Shown here piece by piece: positions 1 to 10,777 of a stretch of 64,000 nucleotides of DNA. Each line of letters starts with the position of its first letter. Within the stretch, counting starts at the first letter, position 1. A model generated the notes under the pieces. That model was given only the letters and a program-made list of their open reading frames with translations. It was not told the origin of the DNA and ran no database searches. The position numbers and the translations under genes were made by a program. Origin of the DNA: Phyllobates terribilis (lineage: Eukaryota); contig NW_027362761.1 of the NCBI RefSeq assembly GCF_046119375.1, positions 890,382,001 to 890,446,000 on the forward strand. The letters are read 5' to 3'.

Positions 1-1590
1 CAGAATTGGGATGAGGGTTATCATGTATACCAGGATGAGTGGTACCATACATACCAGAATAGGGATGAGAGGTACCATGCATACCAGGATAAGGATGAGG
101 GGTGGCATGCATACTAGGATGAGGGATTGGGTGCCACGCATACCAGGTTTCGGGGATGAGGAGGCCATACATATCAGAATTGGGATGAGTGGAGTGGTGC
201 CATGCATACCAGGATGAGGGGTACCATACATACCAGAATAGGGATGAGAGGTACCATGCATACCAGGATAGGAATGCGGGGTACCATGCATACCAGGATG
301 AGGGATGGAGTACCATGCATACCAGGATTGAGGGATGAGGAGGCCGTACATACCAGAATTGGGATGAGGTACCATGTATACCAGGATGAGGGGTACCATA
401 CATACCAGAATAGGGATGCGGAGTACCATTCATACCAGGATGAGTGATGGGGTGCCATGCATACCAGGATGAGGGGTACCATGCATACTAGGATAGGGAT
501 GAGGAGTGCCATGCATACCAGGATTGGGGATGAGAGGTACCATGCATACCAGGATTGGGGATGCGGAAACCATGTATACCAGGATGAGGGATTGGGTACC
601 ATACATACCAGGATTGGGGGATGAGGGGTGCCATACACACCAGGATTGGGATGAGGGGTGCCATGTATATTAAAGTTGGGATGAGGGGGCCATGCATACT
701 TGAATGAGAGATGGGGTGCCATGCATATCAGGATTAGGATGAGGGTTGCCATGTATACCAGATTTGGAATGAGGGGTGCCATGCATACCAGGATTGGGGA
801 TGAGGAGTGCCATGCATACCAGGACTGGGGATAAGGGGTGCCATTAAAACCAGGATTGGGGATGAGGAGTGCCATGCATACCAGGATTGGGGATGAGGGG
901 TGCCATGCATACCAGGATTGGGGATGAGGGGTGCCATGCATACCAGGATTGGGGATTAGGGGTGCCATGCATACCAGGATTGGGGATGAGGAGTGCCATG
1001 CATACCAGGAATGAGGATGAGGGGTGCCATGCATACCAGGATTGGAAATGAGGGGTGCCATACATACCAGGATTGGGGATGAGGGGTGCCATGCATACCA
1101 GGATTGGGGATGAGGAGTGCCATGTATACCAGGATTGGGGATGAGGGGGCCATGCATACCAGGATTGGGGATGAGGGGTGCCATGCATGCCAGGATAGGG
1201 ATGAAGGGTGCAATGCATACCAGAATAGGAATCTGGGGGGGCCATGCATACCAGGATTTGGGTGAGGGGCCATGCATACCAGGATAGAGATGAGGGGTAC
1301 CATGTATACTAGGATAGGGATGAGGGGTACCATGCATACCCAGATGAGTGATGGGGTGCCATGCATACCAGGATGACGGGTACCATATATACCATGATAG
1401 GGATGAGGCACCATGCATTCCAGGATAAGGCTGAGAGGGGCCATGCATACCAGGATTGGGTATGAGGGAGCCATGCATACTATGATGAGGGGCACCATGC
1501 ATGCCAAGATTGGGATGAGGGGTGCCATGCAAACGAGGATTGGGGATGAGGAGCACCATGTATACCAGGATTGGGGATGAGGGGTGCAGT
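1..1590. repeat. ~31-bp G-rich minisatellite (ATGAGGGGTGCCATGCATACCAGGATTGGGG-like), about 50 degenerate units, running off the left edge
   Basis: Direct reading of the tandem units; the many low-complexity ORFs here reflect the period. Confidence 0.95.
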
Positions 1591-1597
1591 TGTAAAA

Positions 1598-1877
1598 GTC
1601 ACTTGTCAAAGTCACTTGTCAGAATCACTTGTCAGAATCACTTGTCAACATCACTTGTCAGAATCACTCGTCAGAATCACTTATCAAAATCACTTGCCAG
1701 AATCACTCGTCAAAATCACTCACCAGAATCACTTGTCAGAATCACTCATCAAAATCACTCGTCAAAATCACTCATCAGAATCACTTGTCAGAATCACTCA
1801 TCAAAATCACTTGTCAAAATCACTCGTCAAAATCACTTGTCAGAATCACTTGTCAGAATCACTTATCAAAATCAGTT
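1598..1877. repeat. 13-bp tandem repeat (ATCACTTGTCAGA), about 21 units
   Basis: Direct reading. Confidence 0.95.
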
Positions 1878-2990
1878 CTCAGACAGGGTATTTAGCCTCA
1901 AACTGACATCATTCTGATGTTTGATTTTGATATCTGATCATGTCATAAAATGGACACTGTACAGGTCATATTTTGTGCAGAGAACACAGTCAGAGACAAT
2001 TTTTTTTTCAGGAGCTCAATATGGGCAGATATATTTTTATACATGGGACATTATAATGGCACAGTAATTTTTAAAGTCACCTTGTCAGGATGTGCTGCAA
2101 ATGGCCAAAGAAGAGGGAACTATGCAGAGCAAGTTGTGGAAGTGAACAATCATCCGATCTTCTGGATCAGATGGAGAAGACGTCACCTTTGAAGTAGTTG
2201 GTTGGAAATGTTTCTTTGTGATACTATGTCTAATCAGTACTGTAGTTACTGTATGGACCACAGTCTGATGATGGCTGGTGACAACATCTCACAGCATCTC
2301 CTTACCATTATTAAGGACATACTGGGAGTTCTGGCTTCATGTGATACAAATAAATATGAAATGGCACTGGGGAAAAGATAAAAAAACGCCTCCTAGTGCA
2401 ACAACTTCAACATAGGTTTGCAGCTTCAAGCTAGTACTAATACTCTGAAAAGCCGTTCAGCTTAAAAGGTTGTTTACAGAGCAAGCACAACACTGTGGTT
2501 CAGCATATTGTATAGGTCTGATTGCATAAAGTAACCAGCTTTTTTAAACTATAAACAACCCAACAAACAGGCATAAAGTTAGAGGCCTAAAGTATACACA
2601 ATGTATTTCAATGCCAGCACAGTGTTTTCATCAGGTTCAGAAACACATTTAAATGTGCTGTCTCATTGCAAAAAATGGGTACAATTGTAAAGTGCAAAAA
2701 GTGTAAAAACAAGTAACTTTGCAATTTACCTCTTATTAAAAATCATCTCTGCTGTAAAGAGCTAAGGGATTTTTAATTCTATAGTCTACTTATCGTGCAT
2801 GCTTGAATGCTTTATGCTTTAGAGCCAGCCAGCACTGATGTAAAGCTATGCAGATCACTGCATCTGGGCAGCTTCAGTGTCCCTGTGCTTTTGCCATGCT
2901 GCAGAGCAATAGCCTTCATTGGCAAGAAAGAAGTGGGGAGGAAGAGGAGTAGTGCACTTCTAAAGAAAGAAGACGACACAGTACTCTTAA

Positions 2991-3592
2991 AGAGGTTGTC
3001 CAATGCTCTATATTGACAACATATAGGTAATCAATATTAGCTTAATTGGGATGCGATACCCAGCAGCCTGTCGATCACCTGTTTCTGGTGCCTGTGGCCA
3101 AATGTGGTGATCAGCTGTGGAGAGGAACAGAATAGCTCTGTTAATACTATAGTGCTGCAGAGGGGTACTATAGATCTACTCATCTCATATGCATTTTAAG
3201 GTTTTGGTGCTGTATTTAAGTACATATGGTGGCTCTGTTGGTGTATTCATGTACTGATCGTGGTTCTAGTTCTGTTTTCATGTACTGATGGTGGTTATGG
3301 TGCTGTATTTATGTACATGGTGGTTCTAGTTTTGCATTCCTGTACTGTTGCTGGCTCTGGTGTTTTATTCATGTTCAAATGGTGATTTTGGTGAGGTTTT
3401 CATGTACTGATGATGGTTCTGGCAATGTATACATGCACTGATGCTGTATTCATGTACTATTGATGGTACCAGTGATTCCATTACAACTAGAGTCTATAGG
3501 AAGCTGGTATTAATAGTTATGAGCACTATGATGATTATGGTTTATCAGCTCTATATCAGAGAGCAGATACAATCTAAAAAATAGACACCCCT
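2991..3592. mobile_element. Non-autonomous Kolobok/T2-MITE-type DNA transposon with an internal ~35-bp degenerate minisatellite
   Basis: TTAA at 2987-2990 and 3593-3596; imperfect TIR AGAGGTTGTC...GACACCCCT; internal GTATTCATGTACTGATGGTGG-like repeats at ~3200-3470. Confidence 0.65.
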
Positions 3593-4885
3593 TTAACTAT
3601 AATGAGGTCTGTTTGGTTTCCATTATGGTATTTGTAAAATGCTGGACACCTTAATTTAAGTTAATTTATTTTCCATGATTAGCTTTGGGCTTGACATTTA
3701 AAATATAGGATATCAGGGATAAATGTCACTATTTATCCCTTGTATAGTTTAAAGTGACTGAGCTTAGTTCATAATTATACTTCATTTGCCAAATCGCGCA
3801 AATTCTACTGAGAAATTTGATTTGTATAGAAATTATTCGATGGAGATTGAATGTTCTTTATTATGCTCTAGGGTGTCTTCATAACCTAGAGCATAATAAA
3901 CTTAGGATGTAATAAAAAAAATAACACTCACCTCACCATTCACCTGTTCTGCCACCCCTGCAGCTTGCTGTCCTGTCCCTCATGCCTTCTTTTCTCACCT
4001 TCCCTGTTGTATACAACCTCTTTGGCCTGTGATACTTTGTCAGAACTTCTAGCACCAAAAAGGCCTCCAACGTTGGTGTACACTGCAACATTATGACGTC
4101 TGTGAACCAAAGTCTAGTCAGCACCTCGAGGGAAGCACATCATGACATCTCGATGTGTGTCATGATGGCACCACGTGCATTGTGATGGCACGGCGTGCAG
4201 AGACATTACAGGCCTCTTTATTGGCAGAAGGCCTGGCATAGAGTAAAGCAGACCAAAGAAGGTGCATGGCGAGGGAGGGGAGGGAAAAAGAAAAGTTGCA
4301 GAGGACCAAATGGTAGGCTGCAGTGCAGGTGAGGCAGGTGAGCAATAAGGTATTTTTTACTTTTCAATTACACTTGAAAAAATGTCCTCATCTCTATGCA
4401 CTACCAAAGGTGAATAAAGGAACATCCCCATATCTATGAGACCAATAATGAGACCAATAATATTAAGGATGAGGTAATTTAATGAGAAATCTAGGGAATT
4501 GTTAGATAGTTTACTGCACAGATTAACTGAAGCTTGCAAGGCACAAGCGATGTATTGCAGCAATTTCATTATACATTATGATCCATTGATATAAAGGCAA
4601 TAGGTTCTTTTGGGATGGAAAACATTTTTTGCATGTTATTGGATAACTTTAGTTAATAAAATTGTATTATGTTTCTGTCTGCAGTTTTATTCCTTCATTC
4701 CTTTTCAGAATCCAGACACGCAGTCCAAATTTCATATTTTTTTCATATGAGAATTTCTCCCCCAGAAATATAAGCGAAATGTCTGGCCTGTATGTATCCA
4801 GGGTACTGATGTCTCCATTAGCCTGTATATATGCACAGTTCCTATGCTGTACTTATTCCCTGTGTGCTTTTCTCCTTCTCTACAG

Positions 4886-4951
4886 CTTGTCTTTGATCTC
4901 TTTTCTATAGTTGGCTTTGACCGCCTCCAGATAACTAATAATTTAAAGTGG
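4886..4951 (+). CDS. Candidate 66-bp phase 0-0 coding exon of an unidentified host gene (LVFDLFSIVGFDRLQITNNLKW)
   Basis: Pyrimidine tract plus TACAG acceptor ending 4885, GTAAGC donor at 4952, open frame, non-repetitive context. No homology could be checked. Confidence 0.35.
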
Positions 4952-6544
4952 GTAAGCTGTGATGTCAATTCACTTTATACCTCTAGTTCACATTAAACAG
5001 TGTTATGAGTCCTCATGTAGCATCTAGATAATTCTAGTACATATAAAGAAACATGTTGATTATTTTATGTTACCACATTTTTTATGTTCCACAAACAAAG
5101 TTTGTCCAGCAGTGAAAAATATGTCACTTTACTTGCAATTTTGACCATGGTATGGTGGGAAGAGTGGGAGAATTTTGGTATTCAAAATCCCTTTGGTCAA
5201 TGTATAGATTGGTATATTAGGTACATGATAATTATTTGGTCAGTTGATGTGCCGTATGTATGTTAATCAACTCTATCAATAAGAATGGAATGCACACAAT
5301 TGCTTACTACAGCACTGAACTCAATTCTACATGCTGCCAATGCATATTCACACATTCTGCACATAAGATCAGGGCGATTTCAGTTGTAAAGTGAACTCGG
5401 GCTAAACTAAATTGTAACTTTCATGACTCATTTTTTCAAGAAGCTAAAAAAATGCCCCAAATGGCGGTTAGAAAGAGCAAATCACGAAAAAAAAAATCTG
5501 CCAGTATATGGATTTAAATTCTTGCAGTGTTGTATACATTATTGAAAGCAAAAAATGTCCCTTGTCATATGTGGAGTGAACCACTAGAGCATTAAAAAGA
5601 AGCATTTTTGTAGCATTTATAACAAACCGTGGTGGGTGCAACATGTCCAATGCAGCCCTATGTAACGAGCCGCGTTTATTCTTAATTATGCCAGACGTAT
5701 TGTTCAGAAGGTAATGGGACATGAGCCATTGTTCCTATGAGCTTGTACATTGACTCTTGTTGTACGTTGACTTGTTTTATGTTGATGTGTTGAGTGACTG
5801 CTGATTACCTATTGCATCAGCCCCAGCATTTTATTATTCTACTAACCTTGGAGGTCAAAGACACAGGTAAATTGAATAATCAATGTTTGTTAATATGTTG
5901 AATGCCTGCTGATTATCTACTGCATCAGCCCCTGCAGTTTATTGTTTTATAAACCTTAGAGGACAAAATATGCAGGTTAATTGAACACTCAAACAATGAG
6001 GGGGAAAGAGTTCAACAGGGAAAGAATATGGGTGTTTAGTGGGATAAGCCCTGTTCCATGCGGTCTTCTAAAGACAGCCATGCCAGCAGAAAAGAGCACC
6101 CACTGACCTTCGTGTCTCAACACCCTGCAATTCAACCAGGTACATGAGAGCAGAGTCGGTATTTTTTGATCATGTGGCATTTAAAAGGTTAACAAAAAAG
6201 AGAGAGCAGATAAAGAAAATGGGCTTTGCTTAAGCGTGAAGCTTTTTATATATTTAATTTAAGTCCATGAACACCATTTGGTTTAACCACTTACTGCCAA
6301 ATTCACTTTTGACTGTCGTAACAGAGCTCCATTTTACAAATCTGACGTGTAACTTTATGGAGTAATAAGTTTAGAATGCTTCGACTGTTTTTTTGATTGT
6401 TTTTTCACGTTGCGCTTTATGTTAGTGATAAAGATAGGTGAGTATAATTTGAGGGGTTTTCTTTTGAAAATATCTGAAATGTTTTAAATAAATTTTTAAT
6501 TATTAATTAAATAGTTACTCATACAAGGAAGAAAAATGAGAAGA

Positions 6545-7051
6545 AAGGTGTCACTCACCATGAGCTGCGGAAAAAAGTCTTTATTCAAGCAAAGACATCA
6601 GGAGAGGCGGTTCGCAGGTGTGTGCAGGAGAGTGCAAGGCAGGTCTACGGCCATTTCGCACTCGTAATGTGGTTCTATGGGTCCACGTATGCGAGGGCGT
6701 GCTGCTCCAACTTAAACTAAGGTGAGCAACATCCGCCCCTGCACCTGTTTCGGTGATAGTGATTATGCTAATGATAAAAACATATTACCTAAGGACTACA
6801 ATCACAATGAAAACAATTAAATAAATACAGACATATCCAACTTGTCATTGAGTCCAAGTGGACCCTGGGCATTACTTTTAAGGATTAATCTACCCTCTTT
6901 TATTAGTAACAATTGGTTATGGTTTCCCCCACGTCGGGGATATTCAACTCTTATTAAACCAGCAAAGCAAAGCAAATTCGGTTCTGCGTTATGGAATTCT
7001 CTCAAATGTTTAATTAATCGGGGGGCTCCTTTACATGTTGTAATTGATCTA
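6545..7051 (-). mobile_element. Penelope-like element 1, 3' portion (C-terminal half of GIY-YIG endonuclease plus downstream sequence)
   Basis: Minus frame reads RSITTCKGAPRLIKH...PRRGGNHNQLLLIKEGRLILKSNAQGPLGLNDKLDMSVFI*, like the C-terminus of the PLE at 52800-52969 (PRRGGDRVRLLKQREAYWI...PKGWNREYD). Confidence 0.8.
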
Positions 7052-9663
7052 TAAACCAGGGGTGGAGTCCTGAGGAGATAATTTGCATATTCCCACTGCA
7101 TTTTGGGGTAAGTGAAGAGTCTCCGCGAGCTCAAAGAACACTGGATTTTGGCTGTTGGAGCTGAAAAGAGGATATCGGTAAACCAGGGGTGGAGTCCTGA
7201 GGAGATAATTTGCATATTCCCACTGCATTTTGGGGTAAGTGAAGAGTCTCCGCGAGCTCAAAGAACACTGGATTTTGGCTGTTGGAGCTGAAAAGAGGAC
7301 ATCGGTAAACCAGGGGTGGAGTCCTGAGGAGATAATTTGCATATTCCCACTGCATTTTGGGGTAAGTGAAGAGTCTCCGCGAGCTCAAAGAACACTGGAT
7401 TTTGGCTGTTGGAGCTGAAAAGAGGACATCGGTAAACCAGGGGTGGAGTCCTGAGGAGATAATTTGCATATTCCCACTGCATTTTGGGGTAAGTGAAGAG
7501 TCTCCGCGAGCTCAAAGAACACTGGATTTTGGCTGTTGGAGCTGAAAAGAGGACATCGGTAAACCAGGGGTGGAGTCCTGAGGAGATAATTTGCATATTC
7601 CCACTGCATTTTGGGGTAAGTGAAGAGTCTCCGCGAGCTCAAAGAACACTGGATTTTGGCTGTTGGAGCTGAAAAGAGGACATCGGTAAACCAGGGGTGG
7701 AGTCCTGAGGAGATAATTTGCATATTCCCACTGCATTTTGGGGTAAGTGAAGAGTCTCCGCGAGCTCAAAGAACACTGGATTTTGGCTGTTGGAGCTGAA
7801 AAGAGGACATCGGTAAACCAGGGGTGGAGTCCTGAGGAGATAATTTGCATATTCCCACTGCATTTTGGGGTAAGTGAAGAGTCTCCGCGAGCTCAAAGAA
7901 CACTGGATTTTGGCTGTTGGAGCTGAAAAGAGGACATCGGTAAACCAGGGGTGGAGTCCTGAGGAGATAATTTGCATATTCCCACTGCATTTTGGGGTAA
8001 GTGAAGAGTCTCCGCGAGCTCAAAGAACACTGGATTTTGGCTGTTGGAGCTGAAAAGAGGACATCGGTAAACCAGGGGTGGAGTCCTGAGGAGATAATTT
8101 GCATATTCCCACTGCATTTTGGGGTAAGTGAAGAGTCTCCGCGAGCTCAAAGAACACTGGATTTTGGCTGTTGGAGCTGAAAAGAGGACATCGGTAAACC
8201 AGGGGTGGAGTCCTGAGGAGATAATTTGCATATTCCCACTGCATTTTGGGATAAGTGAAGAGTCTCCGCGAGCTCAAAGAACACTGGATTTTGGCTGTTG
8301 GAGCTGAAAAGAGGACATCGGTAAACCAGGGGTGGAGTCCTGAGGAGATAATTTGCATATTCCCACTGCATTTTGGGGTAAGTGAAGAGTCTCCGCGAGC
8401 TCAAAGAACACTGGATTTTGGCTGTTGGAGCTGAAAAGAGGACATCGGTAAACCAGGGGTGGAGTCCTGAGGAGATAATTTGCATATTCCCACTGCATTT
8501 TGGGGTAAGTGAAGAGTCTCCGCGAGCTCAAAGAACACTGGATTTTGGCTGTTGGAGCTGAAAAGAGGACATCGGTAAACCAGGGGTGGAGTCCTGAGGA
8601 GATAATTTGCATATTCCCACTGCATTTTGGGGTAAGTGAAGAGTCTCCGCGAGCTCAAAGAACACTGGATTTTGGCTGTTGGAGCTGAAAAGAGGACATC
8701 GGTAAACCAGGGGTGGAGTCCTGAGGAGATAATTTGCATATTCCCACTGCATTTTGGGGTAAGTGAAGAGTCTCCGCGAGCTCAAAGAACACTGGATTTT
8801 GGCTGTTGGAGCTGAAAAGAGGACATCGGTAAACCAGGGGTGGAGTCCTGAGGAGATAATTTGCATATTCCCACTGCATTTTGGGGTAAGTGAAGAGTCT
8901 CCGCGAGCTCAAAGAACACTGGATTTTGGCTGTTGGAGCTGAAAAGAGGACATCGGTAAACCAGGGGTGGAGTCCTGAGGAGATAATTTGCATATTCCCA
9001 CTGCATTTTGGGGTAAGTGAAGAGTCTCCGCGAGCTCAAAGAACACTGGATTTTGGCTGTTGGAGCTGAAAAGAGGACATCGGTAAACCAGGGGTGGAGT
9101 CCTGAGGAGATAATTTGCATATTCCCACTGCATTTTGGGGTAAGTGAAGAGTCTCCGCGAGCTCAAAGAACACTGGATTTTGGTTGTTGGAGCTGAAAAG
9201 AGGACATCGGTAAACCAGGGTTGGAGTCCTGAGGAGATAATTTGCATATTCCCACTGCATTTTGGGGTAAGTGAAGAGTCTCCGCGAGCTCAAAGAACAC
9301 TGGATTTTGGCTGTTGGAGCTGAAAAGAGGACATCGGTAAACCAGGGGTGGAGTCCTGAGGAGATAATTTGCATATTCCCACTGCATTTTGGGGTAAGTG
9401 AAGAGTCTCCGCGAGCTCAAAGAACACTGGATTTTGGCTGTTGGAGCTGAAAAGAGGACATCGGTAAACCAGGGGTGGAGTCCTGAGGAGATAATTTGCA
9501 TATTCCCACTGCATTTTGGGGTAAGTGAAGAGTCTCCGCGAGCTCAAAGAACACTGGATTTTGGCTGTTGGAGCTGAAAAGAGGACATCTGTAAACCAGG
9601 GGTGGAGTCCTGAGGAGATAATTTGCATATTCCCACTGCATTTTGGGGTAAGTGAAGAGTCTC
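7052..9663 (+). repeat. 127-bp monomer array, 20 complete units plus a 72-bp partial unit
   Basis: Exact 127-bp period; only five substitutions seen (~7172, 8251, 9184, ~9221, 9590). Confidence 0.98.
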
Positions 9664-9692
9664 ACTGTTTTTAGAACATTAACAATAAGAAC

Positions 9693-10655
9693 ATGGAAGA
9701 GTCCAGGAGCCATTTGGTGAGCTGCATATCCTGCTACATGTTCACAGACTTGCCAGTGGAAAAGCCAAACTTCACATCCCAGAAATGCAAGCTTGTGTCC
9801 CTGTTGGAGGAAAAGTTGCGAAATCTAGAAGAGAGGTTAACTACCTTGAAAATCATTAAGGAAGGTGAAGAGTTCTTAGACAGAGCAGAATTATCTCTTC
9901 ATGATTCAGAAAGAGAAGAAATTCGAACTGCACCTGACGAAACAGAGGAATGGAAGCATGTGACCCACAGAAGCAGGAGGATCGAGAGGCAGTCAGCACC
10001 CATACTGCTCAGGAACCAGTACCAGGCTCTCACGCAGGAGAACCATGAAGAAATACAGCAAAATAAGACTTTGCTAGCAATGAATAACCTTGTAAGCCCT
10101 CAGAATCCTCCTGGATGGAGAAAGAAGAATGTTGTGAAGAAAAAACGGAGAGTGGTGGTCATGGGGGATTCCCTGTTAAGAGGAACAGAGGCCGCTATCT
10201 GCAGACCAGACATAACCTCAAGAGAAATGTGCTGTCTTCCAGGAGCAAAAATTAAAGATGTGTCTAACAGGATATCAAGACTCTTCAGACCTACAGATCA
10301 CTACCCATTCCTGCTAATACATGTGGGGACAAATGACACCGCAAGAAAGGACCTGTAAACCATCTGCAGTGACTTTGAAGACTTAGGCAAGAAAGTGAAA
10401 GAATTGGGAGCGCAGGTGGTCTTCTCATCCATCCTCCCAGTGGATGGCCATGGAACAATGAGGTGGAATAAGATTCTACAGGTGAACAACTGGCTACGTC
10501 GATGGTGCCGTCAACAAGGATTTGGATTTCTGGATCACGGAATGAATTACCTATACGATGGACTACTTGCTAGAGATGGGGTGCACCTTACGAAGACTGG
10601 AAAACATGTATTTGGAAGTCGCCTTGCTACACTCATCAGAAGAGCTTTAAACTAG
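9693..10655 (+). pseudogene. CR1 ORF1 (N-terminal Cys motif, coiled coil, SGNH/GDSL esterase), ~320 aa with one in-frame TAA at 10356-10358
   Basis: SCISCYMF motif; VVVMGDSLLRG, LIHVGTND and DGVHL esterase blocks; the two track ORFs are in the same frame. Confidence 0.9.
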
Positions 10656-10777
10656 AACAATGTGGGAAGGGAAGCAAAAGGCCAGAAAAAGCCATACAGC
10701 TGACAAATACTATTGAGATCTCTGCTACTGGAAGTGGAAAGGAAGAACAAAGACAAAACAATTTAAATAATAAAAAT

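Noticed and set aside
174-1917. Long ORFs up to 461 aa over the left-edge repeats
   Set aside because: Low-complexity translations of the 31-bp and 13-bp tandem repeats.
6640-6700. Hammerhead in the 3' region of PLE 1 (minus strand ...GCGAAATGGCC)
   Set aside because: GAAA box is present but the CTGANGA box is not recognisable; too degenerate to call.
7052-9663. CRISPR array
   Set aside because: Units are contiguous and identical with no unique spacers; context is vertebrate and has no cas genes.
7052-9663. Tandem snRNA or 5S gene cluster
   Set aside because: Enhancer-like motifs are present, but I see no recognisable snRNA, 5S or tRNA coding sequence in the unit.
7049-9713. Series of 112-aa minus-strand ORFs (MQIISSGLHPW...)
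   Set aside because: By-product of a 127-bp period cycling through frames; overlapping identical ORFs with no domain signal.
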